A model generated the notes under the pieces. It was not told the origin of the DNA and ran no database searches. It saw only the letters and a list, made by a program, of their open reading frames with translations. A program made the translations under genes and the position numbers. Shown piece by piece: positions 25,092 through 33,977 of a stretch of DNA of 33,977 nt. How positions within the stretch are numbered: position 1 is the first letter of the stretch; every line of letters begins with the position of its first letter. Origin of the DNA: a virus (Duplodnaviria > Caudoviricetes); IMG/VR virus record IMGVR_UViG_3300017778_002626, positions 1 through 33,977 of that record, one strand, 5' to 3'.

Positions 25092-25124
25092 ATGGGAAAT
25101 CCCACCATTCCCACGTTGGCTATG

Positions 25125-27455
25125 CTACCTGGAAGCCGGTGAGTACTTCGGATTCGTGCTCTTGAGATACGCAGGAAGCTGCCGCGCCACTTCCCGCACA
25201 AACTCACGCGGGTTGTTGACGCCGTTTGCCGTGATGCTGCCGATGTTGATACCGCCTCCGTTAGAGGATGCAACCGGAAAACTAAGTCCTGAGCCACCGT
25301 TCGGCATGATGCGCCCAGCCTGATCTGGTATGAACAGTTCCGGCCCGCGTTCCCCGACAATTGACGGTCTGCCGAGAGGAGGACGCCCGCCGTCTGCAAA
25401 GCCAAAGAGGTTGCCAAGAACACTAAACAGACCGTTTGTAAACGCTAAAGGACTAACGGCAACAACGTTGACTCGAACAGCATCGGCCCCGAAGATCTTG
25501 GCCAAAGAAGACATATAACCGGCCTGAGCTGGTTTTTCAGCATCCGCGCCTGATATGCCGCCGCCGCCCGGTTTGATACCGCCAGACTTGCGAAGCGCCC
25601 TTACTTCTGCCGTAGTTCCGTGAATGGCCCTGATTATCAGGAACGCACTCACCAGTGACCCTGCTGCCGATATTACTCCCGAGATCACGCCTCCGAGCAA
25701 TCCGCCCGACGCTGCTGAGCCTACACTTCCCGCAATGCCTGCCGCTGCTCCTGCCGCTCCAACCCCAGCACCAACCCCAGTTGTAGTAGCCTGAGCCGTT
25801 ACAGCTGCCGTGTTTAACGCTAACGCACCTATCAATGCAGCTGTTGAGCCCTGCTGAACTGGAAATAGTGCCTGCAATACCGTGTTCGCCAACGTGTTTA
25901 GGCCAAGGCTGACAACAAGTTGCTCGATTGCACGCTGAAAGATTGTGCCAAGGATCTGCTGCCCGATACCCTGCAATGCGCCTCGAATCTCCTGCCCGAT
26001 GTTTTTACCGGGATTGCCTCCCATAATTCCACCAGCAAGAGCTCCGCCAAGTTGTCCGGGAATCTGGCCGCCGATGCCCCGCAGGTTGTGTAGCAGCGGA
26101 GCGATACCAGCAGCCTTCTGGTGCATCCGGTCCATCTGAGCCTGGAGCGCATCCAGCGCCTGAAGCTCTGCCGATACGCTTTGACCCTGCGCCGCCTTCA
26201 AGTCGATCTGCTGCTGAAGGATCTGTTCGCGCATCCGCAGTTGCGTGCCGAGCGGAACGTTGATTGATTCCGCCATGCTGAGCATTTCTTGATCGTTGGC
26301 GATTTCCCGCTCACGCTGGTCCGTCGTTTTGATTCCGGCTTTGTTCAGATCGATCTTGTTGGCCAGCGGCGTGGCAATCCGATTCATGAACGGTTCGTCT
26401 ATTTTGACCTGTTGAAACTTCTCCGGTGCAGCCGCGTCGATGTTGATTTTCTTCCAGCGCTGCTGCTGTTCCGCGAGATCTTTTGCGCCCTGTTCGGACA
26501 GGTCCAGCATCTTCTGGTTAAAATCAGCAGTTGCTTTTAGTTGCGAATCACGAATTGCTTTTGTTTCAGCCAGTTCGGTTTCAAACAGCCGATAACGATT
26601 TTCCCATCCTTCGTTTTGTTTCTTGAGCGCCTCTTTCCCGGCTTTAACCTTTTCCGTTTCGGAGTCGTCAAGATCCTTCTGCGCCCGCAGAAGCCTTTCT
26701 TTGCCCCTCGCGTCAGCAGCAATAGCGTCGTTTTGCAGTTTGTCGAGCGTAGCTTTTTGCTGTGCGTAGATATCGCCCCGGACACCTGGAATGAGCACGC
26801 CCGGATTTACTGCGTTGTTTAGCTCAAACTCTTTTTTAAGCTGGTCGATTGAAGCATACAGCGCCCGCGCTTTGACGAAATCAGCTTGAGCCTCTGCCGC
26901 GCCAAGTCCGGCCTTCAGCTTTAGACCTGATGCCTTTCCGAACTGTTCGGTCATGCGGTCGACGTTGATTGAATCAACAGTCTTGCCAAGGCTGGCAATG
27001 GCAGAGTCTGCTTCTTTCGTTGCATCTGCTAATTGCTCCATCGCTTTTTTAAGGCCGATGGCTTCGTCTATCGCGTTCCCGATTGATGTTGCAACTCTGC
27101 CAAGACCTTCGGCAAACGCAAAGGCTCCGAGCACTGGAAATATGGCCAAGAGTCCAGCCCCAAGCCCTGGCACCAGCCCAATAAACCGTTCTGCCGCTAC
27201 GCCCATGCCGGGAATTGCGCCTACAAACGACTGAACTTTCTTTCCTGCTTTTTCAGCAGCTTCTCCGGTTTGAGTAATACCAGATACAGCTTTTTGAGTC
27301 GCTGTAGTCGTATCGTTTATGCTGCCGGCAGATTTATTAAACGCCTGAGCAATCTTGCCGCCAGCGTTCGCCGCTGCCGCTTCGGCTGCTTTCAGATCCG
27401 CCTGAAGTTTAGTCGGGTCGCCTTCAATTTTTACGCGAACGCTTCCGAGATCCAT
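25125..27455 (-). CDS. Tail tape measure protein
   Basis: LGSVRVKIEGD N-terminus, Ala/Gly-rich helical body, FADGGRPPLGRPSIVGERGPELFIP. Confidence 0.92.
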   Translation of the reverse strand: MDLGSVRVKIEGDPTKLQADLKAAEAAAANAGGKIAQAFNKSAGSINDTTTATQKAVSGITQTGEAAEKAGKKVQSFVGAIPGMGVAAERFIGLVPGLGAGLLAIFPVLGAFAFAEGLGRVATSIGNAIDEAIGLKKAMEQLADATKEADSAIASLGKTVDSINVDRMTEQFGKASGLKLKAGLGAAEAQADFVKARALYASIDQLKKEFELNNAVNPGVLIPGVRGDIYAQQKATLDKLQNDAIAADARGKERLLRAQKDLDDSETEKVKAGKEALKKQNEGWENRYRLFETELAETKAIRDSQLKATADFNQKMLDLSEQGAKDLAEQQQRWKKINIDAAAPEKFQQVKIDEPFMNRIATPLANKIDLNKAGIKTTDQREREIANDQEMLSMAESINVPLGTQLRMREQILQQQIDLKAAQGQSVSAELQALDALQAQMDRMHQKAAGIAPLLHNLRGIGGQIPGQLGGALAGGIMGGNPGKNIGQEIRGALQGIGQQILGTIFQRAIEQLVVSLGLNTLANTVLQALFPVQQGSTAALIGALALNTAAVTAQATTTGVGAGVGAAGAAAGIAGSVGSAASGGLLGGVISGVISAAGSLVSAFLIIRAIHGTTAEVRALRKSGGIKPGGGGISGADAEKPAQAGYMSSLAKIFGADAVRVNVVAVSPLAFTNGLFSVLGNLFGFADGGRPPLGRPSIVGERGPELFIPDQAGRIMPNGGSGLSFPVASSNGGGINIGSITANGVNNPREFVREVARQLPAYLKSTNPKYSPASR

Positions 27456-27890
27456 TTAGTTCACCACCGCATTTTTTCGAGTCGCCCAGTCGGGCAGGTC
27501 GTCAACTTCGCCGGCCATTTGCTTATCCGGCCTGGTAGCCATCCACTTATCAGCCAGAGCCTTCGATTTCCGTTCGGCCCGGTCGCCCTTACCAAGCAAG
27601 TCTTCAGGCGTCCAAGGTGTGCCATCGCTGTCAAAGTGCGCGTTGTACAAGGTCGCCTGAATCGAAGCGTGCAGGTAGTTTTGCCGTTCGATGCCATCCA
27701 GCCATACCTGCCGTAATGCGGAAAACTCCCGAGGGGTCAGGCTCCACAAAGTTGCCTCTGTCAAACCCAAACCGTCCCGGGAGACTCCAAACGCCCACAC
27801 TGTCAGCCAGTCTTCTTCGTTCAGGCCAGCGCGGTCGTGTCCGCCGGAATCGCTTGCACTGAGATTTCCGCGTCCGGCACTGCTTTTTTT
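27456..27890 (-). CDS. Tail assembly chaperone, -1 frameshift extension (gpT-like)
   Basis: The -1 frame is open from the slippery site into ORF 27456-27800; contains LWSLTPREF. Confidence 0.8.
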   Translation of the reverse strand, partial: KKSSAGRGNLSASDSGGHDRAGLNEEDWLTVWAFGVSRDGLGLTEATLWSLTPREFSALRQVWLDGIERQNYLHASIQATLYNAHFDSDGTPWTPEDLLGKGDRAERKSKALADKWMATRPDKQMAGEVDDLPDWATRKNAVVN

Positions 27891-28174
27891 ACCGCTTCAA
27901 TTAGCGCCTCAGTCACCAGCGGTTCGTCTGCGGGCTCCATGATGTCTGCGAAATCCAGAGCACGCTGAAAGCCTTCAGAGCGCCACTTGCCTGTGATTGG
28001 GTCGAAGCTGCCGGCCGCTGCTGCTGCAAGTTCCAGCACTGACGCTGTGGCCACATTTTTGCCCCATTGCGCCAGTTGGAAGTGTGCAGCATAGGAAAGC
28101 CGAAACGTGAGCATCTGGCCGCCAGCCAGCGTGACTGACGGCCATTTGATCGGTTGAACGGTTTGAGGTGTCAT
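27821..28174 (-). CDS. Tail assembly chaperone (gpG-like)
   Basis: Between tail tube and tape measure, with a slippery site. Confidence 0.78.
   Translation of the reverse strand: MTPQTVQPIKWPSVTLAGGQMLTFRLSYAAHFQLAQWGKNVATASVLELAAAAAGSFDPITGKWRSEGFQRALDFADIMEPADEPLVTEALIEAVKKAVPDAEISVQAIPADTTALA
27884..27890 (-). other. Programmed -1 ribosomal frameshift site A AAA AAA
   Basis: GTA AAA AAA GCA near the end of the chaperone gene; position matches lambda G/GT. Confidence 0.8.
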
Positions 28175-28180
28175 AGCAGA

Positions 28181-28651
28181 TTACTGGAGAGTCGGTGCGC
28201 CGTTGTTGCTCAGTTCGATGTCGGCAGTAAACACGTCGCCGACTTTGCCCGTCTCATTGAATCCGGTGACGTAGGCCGCAAAGAAATCGGTCGACGCCAC
28301 AGCCTGATCCGGATAAATAGCCTTGAAGTTGACCAGCGTTTGATTGATCATCAGCAGCCGCAGGCCGCGAATCACGCCTGATGTTGAGTTCTGGTGTGTC
28401 GCTTCCTTCGGCATGTAGTTAATCTTAAATTTGATCGTTCCCATGTCGAGCAGCGTGCTGATGCGACGCCGAAAGAGGTCGCCCGCGTTGGTAACGTCAG
28501 CGGTTTCGGCCTTGAGCGGCATCGTGAAATCGGACACGTTGCAAATTGTCGTGAAGGTTTCCGGGCTTGAGCCGTTGCCGGCTTGGAGCTGAAATCCTGT
28601 GAATGAAAGACCGGCTCCGACGCCGGATGTCTGTGATGCTGGTGCAGGCAT
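28181..28651 (-). CDS. Major tail tube protein
   Basis: GNGSSPETFTTI, ETADVT, TLLDMGTIKFKINY, FFAAYVTGF, NNGAPTL. Confidence 0.85.
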   Translation of the reverse strand: MPAPASQTSGVGAGLSFTGFQLQAGNGSSPETFTTICNVSDFTMPLKAETADVTNAGDLFRRRISTLLDMGTIKFKINYMPKEATHQNSTSGVIRGLRLLMINQTLVNFKAIYPDQAVASTDFFAAYVTGFNETGKVGDVFTADIELSNNGAPTLQ

Positions 28652-28664
28652 GTCGTTTGTTCTC

Positions 28665-29087
28665 CTATGCGTCCTGATTTACGTACAGCCTCACGTCTAC
28701 CAGGCGCATAAACGTGAGAGGGTCTGTCTGAGCGATCCCCATGTCAATATCGTTCGCTATCAGATTTGGATAAGTTGCAAGGCCTGGAATACCGGGCCCG
28801 TCGAAAGTGTTAAGAAATGCCGTGAGAGCCAGAACCACAAGCTCTGCATTTTCCGAGTCGTTGCCGCTGCCGTAAATCCGGAACTGGCACCGCGTCCAGT
28901 TGGTCGGCATCTTGCCCGAGCCTACATAATCGCCCGCGTTTCCCACCATCTCTACTACCACAGCTGGAAAGTCACGGCCTTGAGGTAGGCGCTGGTCAAA
29001 CCATCGAAACGGTGCAGAACCAAGCAACGCCACCAGCCCCGCGTCAACGCTGGCCGCACTGTACAAACGTGCTTTTAGGCTGCTCAT
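28665..29087 (-). CDS. Tail terminator / tail completion protein (DUF3168-like)
   Basis: Size, position, RLPQGRDFPAVV, RCQFRIYG. Confidence 0.7.
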   Translation of the reverse strand: MSSLKARLYSAASVDAGLVALLGSAPFRWFDQRLPQGRDFPAVVVEMVGNAGDYVGSGKMPTNWTRCQFRIYGSGNDSENAELVVLALTAFLNTFDGPGIPGLATYPNLIANDIDMGIAQTDPLTFMRLVDVRLYVNQDA

Positions 29088-29491
29088 GGCGTGGCCACCG
29101 TGACCCGCTGGAGCTTGAGGCGCGTCTGAGTATGCTGGCTGTCTGATTCCGCGCCCAGCAGGTCGTAGCGCGTGCCGTCAACGTCTACCTGCCAGCCCAG
29201 CCCGGCCGCCGCGTTACTTGCCAATGGATACCAGCCGGTCAGCAGGACGTGACGAAACCGTTCCGCCAGCACATCCGGTACAGACTTCCGCTCCGTCGCA
29301 CTGAACCCGTCTGGTGCGTCCATACAGGCGATGTTGACCATGCCGGACACCGCCGCAAACGTGCCGATGAAATTGCCCGTTACGCCCTGCGTTTGCACCG
29401 GAGCATAGAAGGTCGCCAGCGAGATAAACAAGCCCGTCTGAACTGCCAGCGGCATGATTGCGGAAAGCGCGTAACTGAAGCCTTGCTGCAT
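29084..29491 (-). CDS. Head-tail joining (stopper) protein
   Basis: Start ATG 29491 (TAATG overlap); VDGTRYDLLGAESDSQ...TRLKL. Confidence 0.65.
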   Translation of the reverse strand: MQQGFSYALSAIMPLAVQTGLFISLATFYAPVQTQGVTGNFIGTFAAVSGMVNIACMDAPDGFSATERKSVPDVLAERFRHVLLTGWYPLASNAAAGLGWQVDVDGTRYDLLGAESDSQHTQTRLKLQRVTVATP

Positions 29492-29937
29492 TACAGATAC
29501 GCCTGCCTCTGCGCTTGATTCCACCAGCGCTGCCGGTACGCGAACGAAGTGGAGCACTGCTCGATAATCATGAACGCCCCAGACTCGTCGTCTGTTGTCC
29601 GGTACTGCGCCGCTTGCTCCCGCAGCATCTTTGCGCCTTCCGCGGGTTTCATTTCGACGTCAAGGATGCGCGTGAACATGGCAAGTTTGGACGAGTTTGC
29701 CGCCATCGCATCCAGCAGGAGAGCCGCGACGCGCAAATATGACACCGCAGAAGCCGGCACGTTTGCGCCCGCCGGTGGCGAATAGAACTGAGCGCTCTGG
29801 AACGTGCCGCCCTGAATCGTAAACGCCGCACTGACTTCAGCATCCGCGAACACAAAGTTCTGGCTGTCAGTGTCGGAGATCAAAAGCCTCACGTAACTGA
29901 TAGCGGGTTCGGTGTCGAAGTCGTAGGTGAAAGCCAT
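29491..29937 (-). CDS. Head-to-tail adaptor
   Basis: MAFTYD...VRLLISDTD...FADAEV; position in the head-tail module. Confidence 0.72.
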   Translation of the reverse strand: MAFTYDFDTEPAISYVRLLISDTDSQNFVFADAEVSAAFTIQGGTFQSAQFYSPPAGANVPASAVSYLRVAALLLDAMAANSSKLAMFTRILDVEMKPAEGAKMLREQAAQYRTTDDESGAFMIIEQCSTSFAYRQRWWNQAQRQAYL

Positions 29938-29939
29938 AA

Positions 29940-30224
29940 CTATTTCGTCACTTTTACCACGACGGTACCGGCTGCCGATTCTGCCGCCGCAAGGTTAGCC
30001 GATATTCTTGCTGCTTCTGCTTCTGCCACCGCAGCTGAGTACCGTTGCACCAACGGCGTTGCCAGAGAGTCGCGGAAATGTTTAATCAGCAATTCATGGA
30101 TGCTTGCATAGCGTGGTTTTCCGTCGTCATTCTGTTCTGCCATGAAGCTTTTCATTGCCGCAACGGCGTCATCAGATACCGTAGCTTCTACGGTCGTGTT
30201 GTCAGCTTCGATGGTGATTTTCAT
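29940..30224 (-). CDS. Hypothetical protein (94 aa), possible fibre chaperone
   Basis: Directly follows the fibre gene. Confidence 0.55.
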   Translation of the reverse strand: MKITIEADNTTVEATVSDDAVAAMKSFMAEQNDDGKPRYASIHELLIKHFRDSLATPLVQRYSAAVAEAEAARISANLAAAESAAGTVVVKVTK

Positions 30225-30236
30225 AATGTCTTTGTC

Positions 30237-33047
30237 TTATTTCCATACCGGAATGTAGCCAGTAGAACCGTCCGAAGTCAGCACCTTCAGCCACGTATAC
30301 GGCGCTGCGTTTGTGGTAGCAGGGGAGTTTGTACCCAGCAGCGCAGTCCCGGCTCCGGTAGAATTGAGGCCGCTAAACTTCATGAGCCCGCCGATTTCAA
30401 ACACCTGCGTGGAAGTTGTGTCCGCTGCTCCACGAGTGATAACGACACGGGTCGCTCCGGTCGTTGCCGTCTGGTCGTAAAACCGTGCTGTGCCGCTACC
30501 TGCCGAGATCCCGACATCTAGTTGATACGTCGGAATTGCTACTCCAATTCCTACGCTGCCATTAGTGCGACTGATGACCATCGCCGACACACCAGGTACA
30601 CTATTGTTGTGCCGCAAAAACTCCAAATATCCAGACCCACCGTTATCTTGGATCGTAAAACCGTAGGCGGTAGAAAAATCGTACAAACGTAACGCAGCGC
30701 TATACCCATTCCCCGCCGCTACAGTAATTTTTTCATCGGTGCCTGCGGTATAATTTCCAATTTGCAGTCTGGTTGCTGGTGTAGTCGTCCCGATGCCGAC
30801 GTTACCTTGCACAATCATTCCCGATGCTGGAGCGTCGGATGCGGCGTAGGTAGTGCCAACTGAAATCGCGCCAACTCTGATTCCCGTATAGTTATTAGTT
30901 GCACTGAAAAGACCAAATAATTGTGGGCTTGCATTGTTTGACGTGATCCTGACAGCCCCCGCCTCATCACCTATTGAGAAAGCCCCGGTTCCGGTGAATC
31001 GCCCAATGCCAGCCACTTCAAGTTTTTGAGCGGGCGTTATCGTCCCGATCCCGACGTTACCGCCGTTTGGTTGAAGAGCCAATGGCAAGTATGTGCTTAA
31101 TGTACTTTTGTTTGTTACTTGAATCCAAGCTGGAAATGGAGATACGTTTGCAGAAACACCAAAATCCATTACAACGCTACTCGTCGTGTTGCCGACCCTA
31201 AATACGCCTGTCTGAGTAGAACCAGATGAAGCTGGTCCGCCTATTGGCCCTACCGCATCTAACGTAACTCCCGGCGTTGCCGTCCCGATGCCGACGTTAC
31301 CGTTGCCTAAGATTCTCATTCGCTCGGTCAGACCGGCAAACGTGGTTGAGTTCAAGCCTGCTGCATTGCTAAAAAATGCCAATCCGCCAGCCCAATCATT
31401 ACCTGGCCCTTCCCTGATTCCAGCAACACCTCCGACTAACGTGGCATTTGACGCATCCTTAAATACAATGCCAATACCACGAGCCAGCCCTGAGGCGGGT
31501 CCGCCTGTCCTTTCGATGATTGCACCGATCTCGTTGATGGTAGCCGTGCTTACGAGACTTGTTTGTAGCGGGGCCAACGGCGCTGTCGTACCGATGCCGA
31601 CGTTACCTGTGTTATTTACCATCAAGTAACTTGCCCCTGCGCTACTTGCCGCATTGAAAACTCCACTAGCATTTAGGGCGCTGTTGCCATAAACCTGTAA
31701 CGAGTAGCCTGTTGCACCTGTTCCGATACTGAGAGGATTGCCGTTCACTTGCAATACCATGCCTCTTGAAGTGCCAGCTGATAAATCAAAACCATCCATC
31801 TGTGAATTGATAAGTCTGACCCCAAAATTGGTGGCTGTATCTCCAATCCAAAACTGTCTATTACCAGAAGCGTTATAGCTCAGATTAATTGCAGCCCCAT
31901 TAGTGGCGTCACTGCCCCCCTGAACACCTGCGCCAGTCAATCGTAGGCCATAACCTGTTGTGGTTTGAATATGCAGCGGCGTTGAGGGCGTTGCCGTGCC
32001 AATCCCCAGCCTGTTGTTTGTCGCATCCCAGAAGAACTGGCCAGCGTCCTGATTGAGAATCCCAGAGGCCGAAACATACGGCACCGAGCCAACCGTCGTC
32101 AGGTTGCCCACGCCGCCGATTAAGTCGGTGCCCGCTACCGCAATGGAAGGAACGCCGGTCGCCGTGGTGTTTTTAAGCAGTCCTGTCGCCAGCCCAGAAA
32201 GCGTCGTGCCGTTGATCTTCACCACGGTCGTCGCTACGCTGCCAGCCGAGCTTGTCACGTCGCCTGTGAGGCCTGGCATTGCTGCAGCCGGTAGTCCGGT
32301 GGCATTCGTTAAAACTAATACAGACGGCGTTCCAAGGTCAGGAGTTGTTAAGGATGGTGACGTTGCCAACACAACGGAACCAGAACCGGTTGAGCTGACA
32401 GCCGTGCCAAAACCTCCAGCGCCATTGCTCGTCAGAAATTGTGCGTTAGTGCCGTTCGTCGCTACCGCATAATCTGTGCCTGCTACCGCCGCCGAAACGA
32501 CTCCTGCACCGTTGGCTTTCAGCAACCCGCTGAGCGTACCCGCGCCGCCCCGTGCTGCCGCTACCGTACCAGATGCAAGGTCTGACGCTGAGCCAGATAT
32601 CGCAATCAGTGCCAGATTGCCCGTGCTTAACAATCCAACTGAGTCTGTGGCAACGTAAGGCCGCGCCGCTGCATTTATCAGCGAGGTCATCGTTACAGTG
32701 GACATCGCAATAAATGGTCCGGTAACCGTCAACGAACCAGTCACGGGTCCGACGCCTTCCAGATCTGCAATGGTGTACGGCCCGCCGGTCGGTGGCACCG
32801 TCCACTGAGAAGTGACTGGTAACCGCTGGCCGCTCTGGTTGTAGACGACTGTGTACAGCCCGGGAGCCAAACAAATATCGATCCCGTCTGAGACGTTGAT
32901 CACCTGCCGCGCTTCGACCAGTGTTGCGCCAGCAACGGTCGTGGCGTACTGCAACGTGTAGGTAATCGAGCCGGTCCACACGGTACTATCCGGGTTCAGG
33001 AACGGATCGACAATGTTGATAAAGCCGGTATCGCAGACTATGCTCAT
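30237..33047 (-). CDS. Virion fibre protein with GNVGIGT repeats (possible head or neck fibre)
   Basis: G/T/S/A-rich; six GxVGIG-type repeats; lies between the capsid and adaptor genes. Confidence 0.75.
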   Translation of the reverse strand: MSIVCDTGFINIVDPFLNPDSTVWTGSITYTLQYATTVAGATLVEARQVINVSDGIDICLAPGLYTVVYNQSGQRLPVTSQWTVPPTGGPYTIADLEGVGPVTGSLTVTGPFIAMSTVTMTSLINAAARPYVATDSVGLLSTGNLALIAISGSASDLASGTVAAARGGAGTLSGLLKANGAGVVSAAVAGTDYAVATNGTNAQFLTSNGAGGFGTAVSSTGSGSVVLATSPSLTTPDLGTPSVLVLTNATGLPAAAMPGLTGDVTSSAGSVATTVVKINGTTLSGLATGLLKNTTATGVPSIAVAGTDLIGGVGNLTTVGSVPYVSASGILNQDAGQFFWDATNNRLGIGTATPSTPLHIQTTTGYGLRLTGAGVQGGSDATNGAAINLSYNASGNRQFWIGDTATNFGVRLINSQMDGFDLSAGTSRGMVLQVNGNPLSIGTGATGYSLQVYGNSALNASGVFNAASSAGASYLMVNNTGNVGIGTTAPLAPLQTSLVSTATINEIGAIIERTGGPASGLARGIGIVFKDASNATLVGGVAGIREGPGNDWAGGLAFFSNAAGLNSTTFAGLTERMRILGNGNVGIGTATPGVTLDAVGPIGGPASSGSTQTGVFRVGNTTSSVVMDFGVSANVSPFPAWIQVTNKSTLSTYLPLALQPNGGNVGIGTITPAQKLEVAGIGRFTGTGAFSIGDEAGAVRITSNNASPQLFGLFSATNNYTGIRVGAISVGTTYAASDAPASGMIVQGNVGIGTTTPATRLQIGNYTAGTDEKITVAAGNGYSAALRLYDFSTAYGFTIQDNGGSGYLEFLRHNNSVPGVSAMVISRTNGSVGIGVAIPTYQLDVGISAGSGTARFYDQTATTGATRVVITRGAADTTSTQVFEIGGLMKFSGLNSTGAGTALLGTNSPATTNAAPYTWLKVLTSDGSTGYIPVWK
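30786..31607 (-). repeat. Four 21-bp direct repeats GGTAACGTCGGCATCGGGACG
   Basis: At 30786, 31041, 31281 and 31587; two identical, two with one synonymous mismatch. Confidence 0.9.
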
Positions 33048-33061
33048 TTTACCCTTTGCTC

Positions 33062-33110
33062 AAAACAGAAACGCCGCGTTGACCCCTCACCCGAGTTGTC
33101 AGCGCGGCGT
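33062..33110 (-). terminator. Rho-independent terminator after the capsid gene
   Basis: Stem ACGCCGCGCTGAC/GTCAACGCGGCGT followed by TTCTGTTTT. Confidence 0.7.
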
Positions 33111-33134
33111 CACCGTATAGCCGATTGCTGCGCC

Positions 33135-33977
33135 TTAAACGCCCTGCCCGGTGGAAGACACGGCCGAACGTCCGTCTAACTGAACGCCACCAAACGCCAT
33201 CACCGCCTTGAACTCGCTTGCCATTGTCCGGAAGTCGCCAAGGGTCTGGTCGACAACGCCCGAGAGTGACATGGTGTTCGGGACCTTGCGGTACAGCTGA
33301 GGTGTCTCGTAGCCGCGCAGGTCGCCAATTTCCAGAGCCGGTCGGCCTTGAGAAGCCGGATCAGCAAAAACGTACCATTGCGTGTATTTCACGCCCGCGC
33401 TGGTCGTTACAATGGGCAAATACGGGTCCATGATAACGGTGAGGTTGCCAATGATCCAGTTGTCTACCCTGACGCGCTGTGCACTGGCGAGAGTGGTTGT
33501 TGCGCCCGAGCCAGAGCTGGTGTTAGAACCGCCATTCACGTTGACGTCAACGCTGAGCTGGTGCATGATGTTCTGAGCCGTCACGTAAAGCGAAGGCCCA
33601 ACTACCAAGAACATGCGGCCAGGGATTTCGATAGGATCGCCGCCGGTGTCAACCTGATTCATAAATACAGTCATGCCGTCGGAAAGCCCCTGAACGCTGA
33701 GCGCCGGATTGTTTGAAGCCGCCCCGTTTGCCGTGATGATTTGATTGGCGAACGTCGTAGAGAACAGCGTAGAGTTCGGCCCGGTCGTGCCCGAATACAG
33801 GTTCGTGATGAACTTGCTCTTCGTGCGTCTTGCGCCGCGTGCCAGCCGCTGAGAAAGATCGCGGAAGATTCCAAGATCATCGTTGATGACAGCTTCCCAA
33901 GACACCTTAGCGCCTTTCTCGTATTTCAGAGGTGCGTAGGTGATCGGGGTGCGCTGCGTCATGTCGCCAAGCGGAAG
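33135..33977 (-). CDS. Major capsid protein, Mu gpT-like (5' truncated)
   Basis: KYEKGAKVSWEAVINDDLGIFRDLSQRLARGARRT, LVVGPSL, WYVFADP, DLRGYETPQL; frame open to the window edge. Confidence 0.85.
   Translation of the reverse strand, partial: LPLGDMTQRTPITYAPLKYEKGAKVSWEAVINDDLGIFRDLSQRLARGARRTKSKFITNLYSGTTGPNSTLFSTTFANQIITANGAASNNPALSVQGLSDGMTVFMNQVDTGGDPIEIPGRMFLVVGPSLYVTAQNIMHQLSVDVNVNGGSNTSSGSGATTTLASAQRVRVDNWIIGNLTVIMDPYLPIVTTSAGVKYTQWYVFADPASQGRPALEIGDLRGYETPQLYRKVPNTMSLSGVVDQTLGDFRTMASEFKAVMAFGGVQLDGRSAVSSTGQGV

Noticed and set aside
25031-25423. Minus-strand 130-aa ORF crossing the tandem repeat, with G GGA AAC as a possible slippery site
   Set aside because: Alternate frame of the tape measure 3' end; the tape measure stops before the repeat and no coherent fusion is evident.
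30786-31607. 21-bp repeats as a CRISPR array, shufflon or DGR
   Set aside because: In-frame coding repeats with spacers over 200 bp, all in direct orientation; no invertase, reverse transcriptase or TR/VR pair seen.
1-33977. Host taxon assignment, tRNA or rRNA genes
   Set aside because: No cloverleaf or rRNA-like sequence noticed; the host cannot be supported without a database search.

Overview
About 34 kb of a tailed dsDNA phage or prophage genome with a siphovirus-type tail, almost entirely on the minus strand and truncated inside genes at both ends. In minus-strand order: 3' part of a Mu gpT-like major capsid gene, a 936-aa fibre protein, head-tail joining genes, tail tube, frameshifted tail chaperones, tape measure, one 1293-aa tail-tip protein, a Cys-rich lipoprotein, an RHH-like regulator, and recombination/replication genes (Gp157, DUF1064, DUF1376 initiator, DUF968, DnaA-domain-IV-like). 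A plus-strand block (9972-13007) holds four small genes and a SNF2 helicase behind two identical 70-bp leaders. The terminase region is the most striking part. A ParB-GREB1/TAGT-like glycosyltransferase fusion and a ParB-DNA methyltransferase fusion (ParB parts about 90% identical) precede TerS-TerL. After TerL comes a sugar-modification cluster: three GT2 enzymes, an RmlC-like cupin, an RmlD-methyltransferase fusion, another methyltransferase and tiny membrane peptides. No portal, lysin, integrase, TET/JBP, tRNA or CRISPR array was recognised. All family assignments come from reading motifs by eye, not from database searches.
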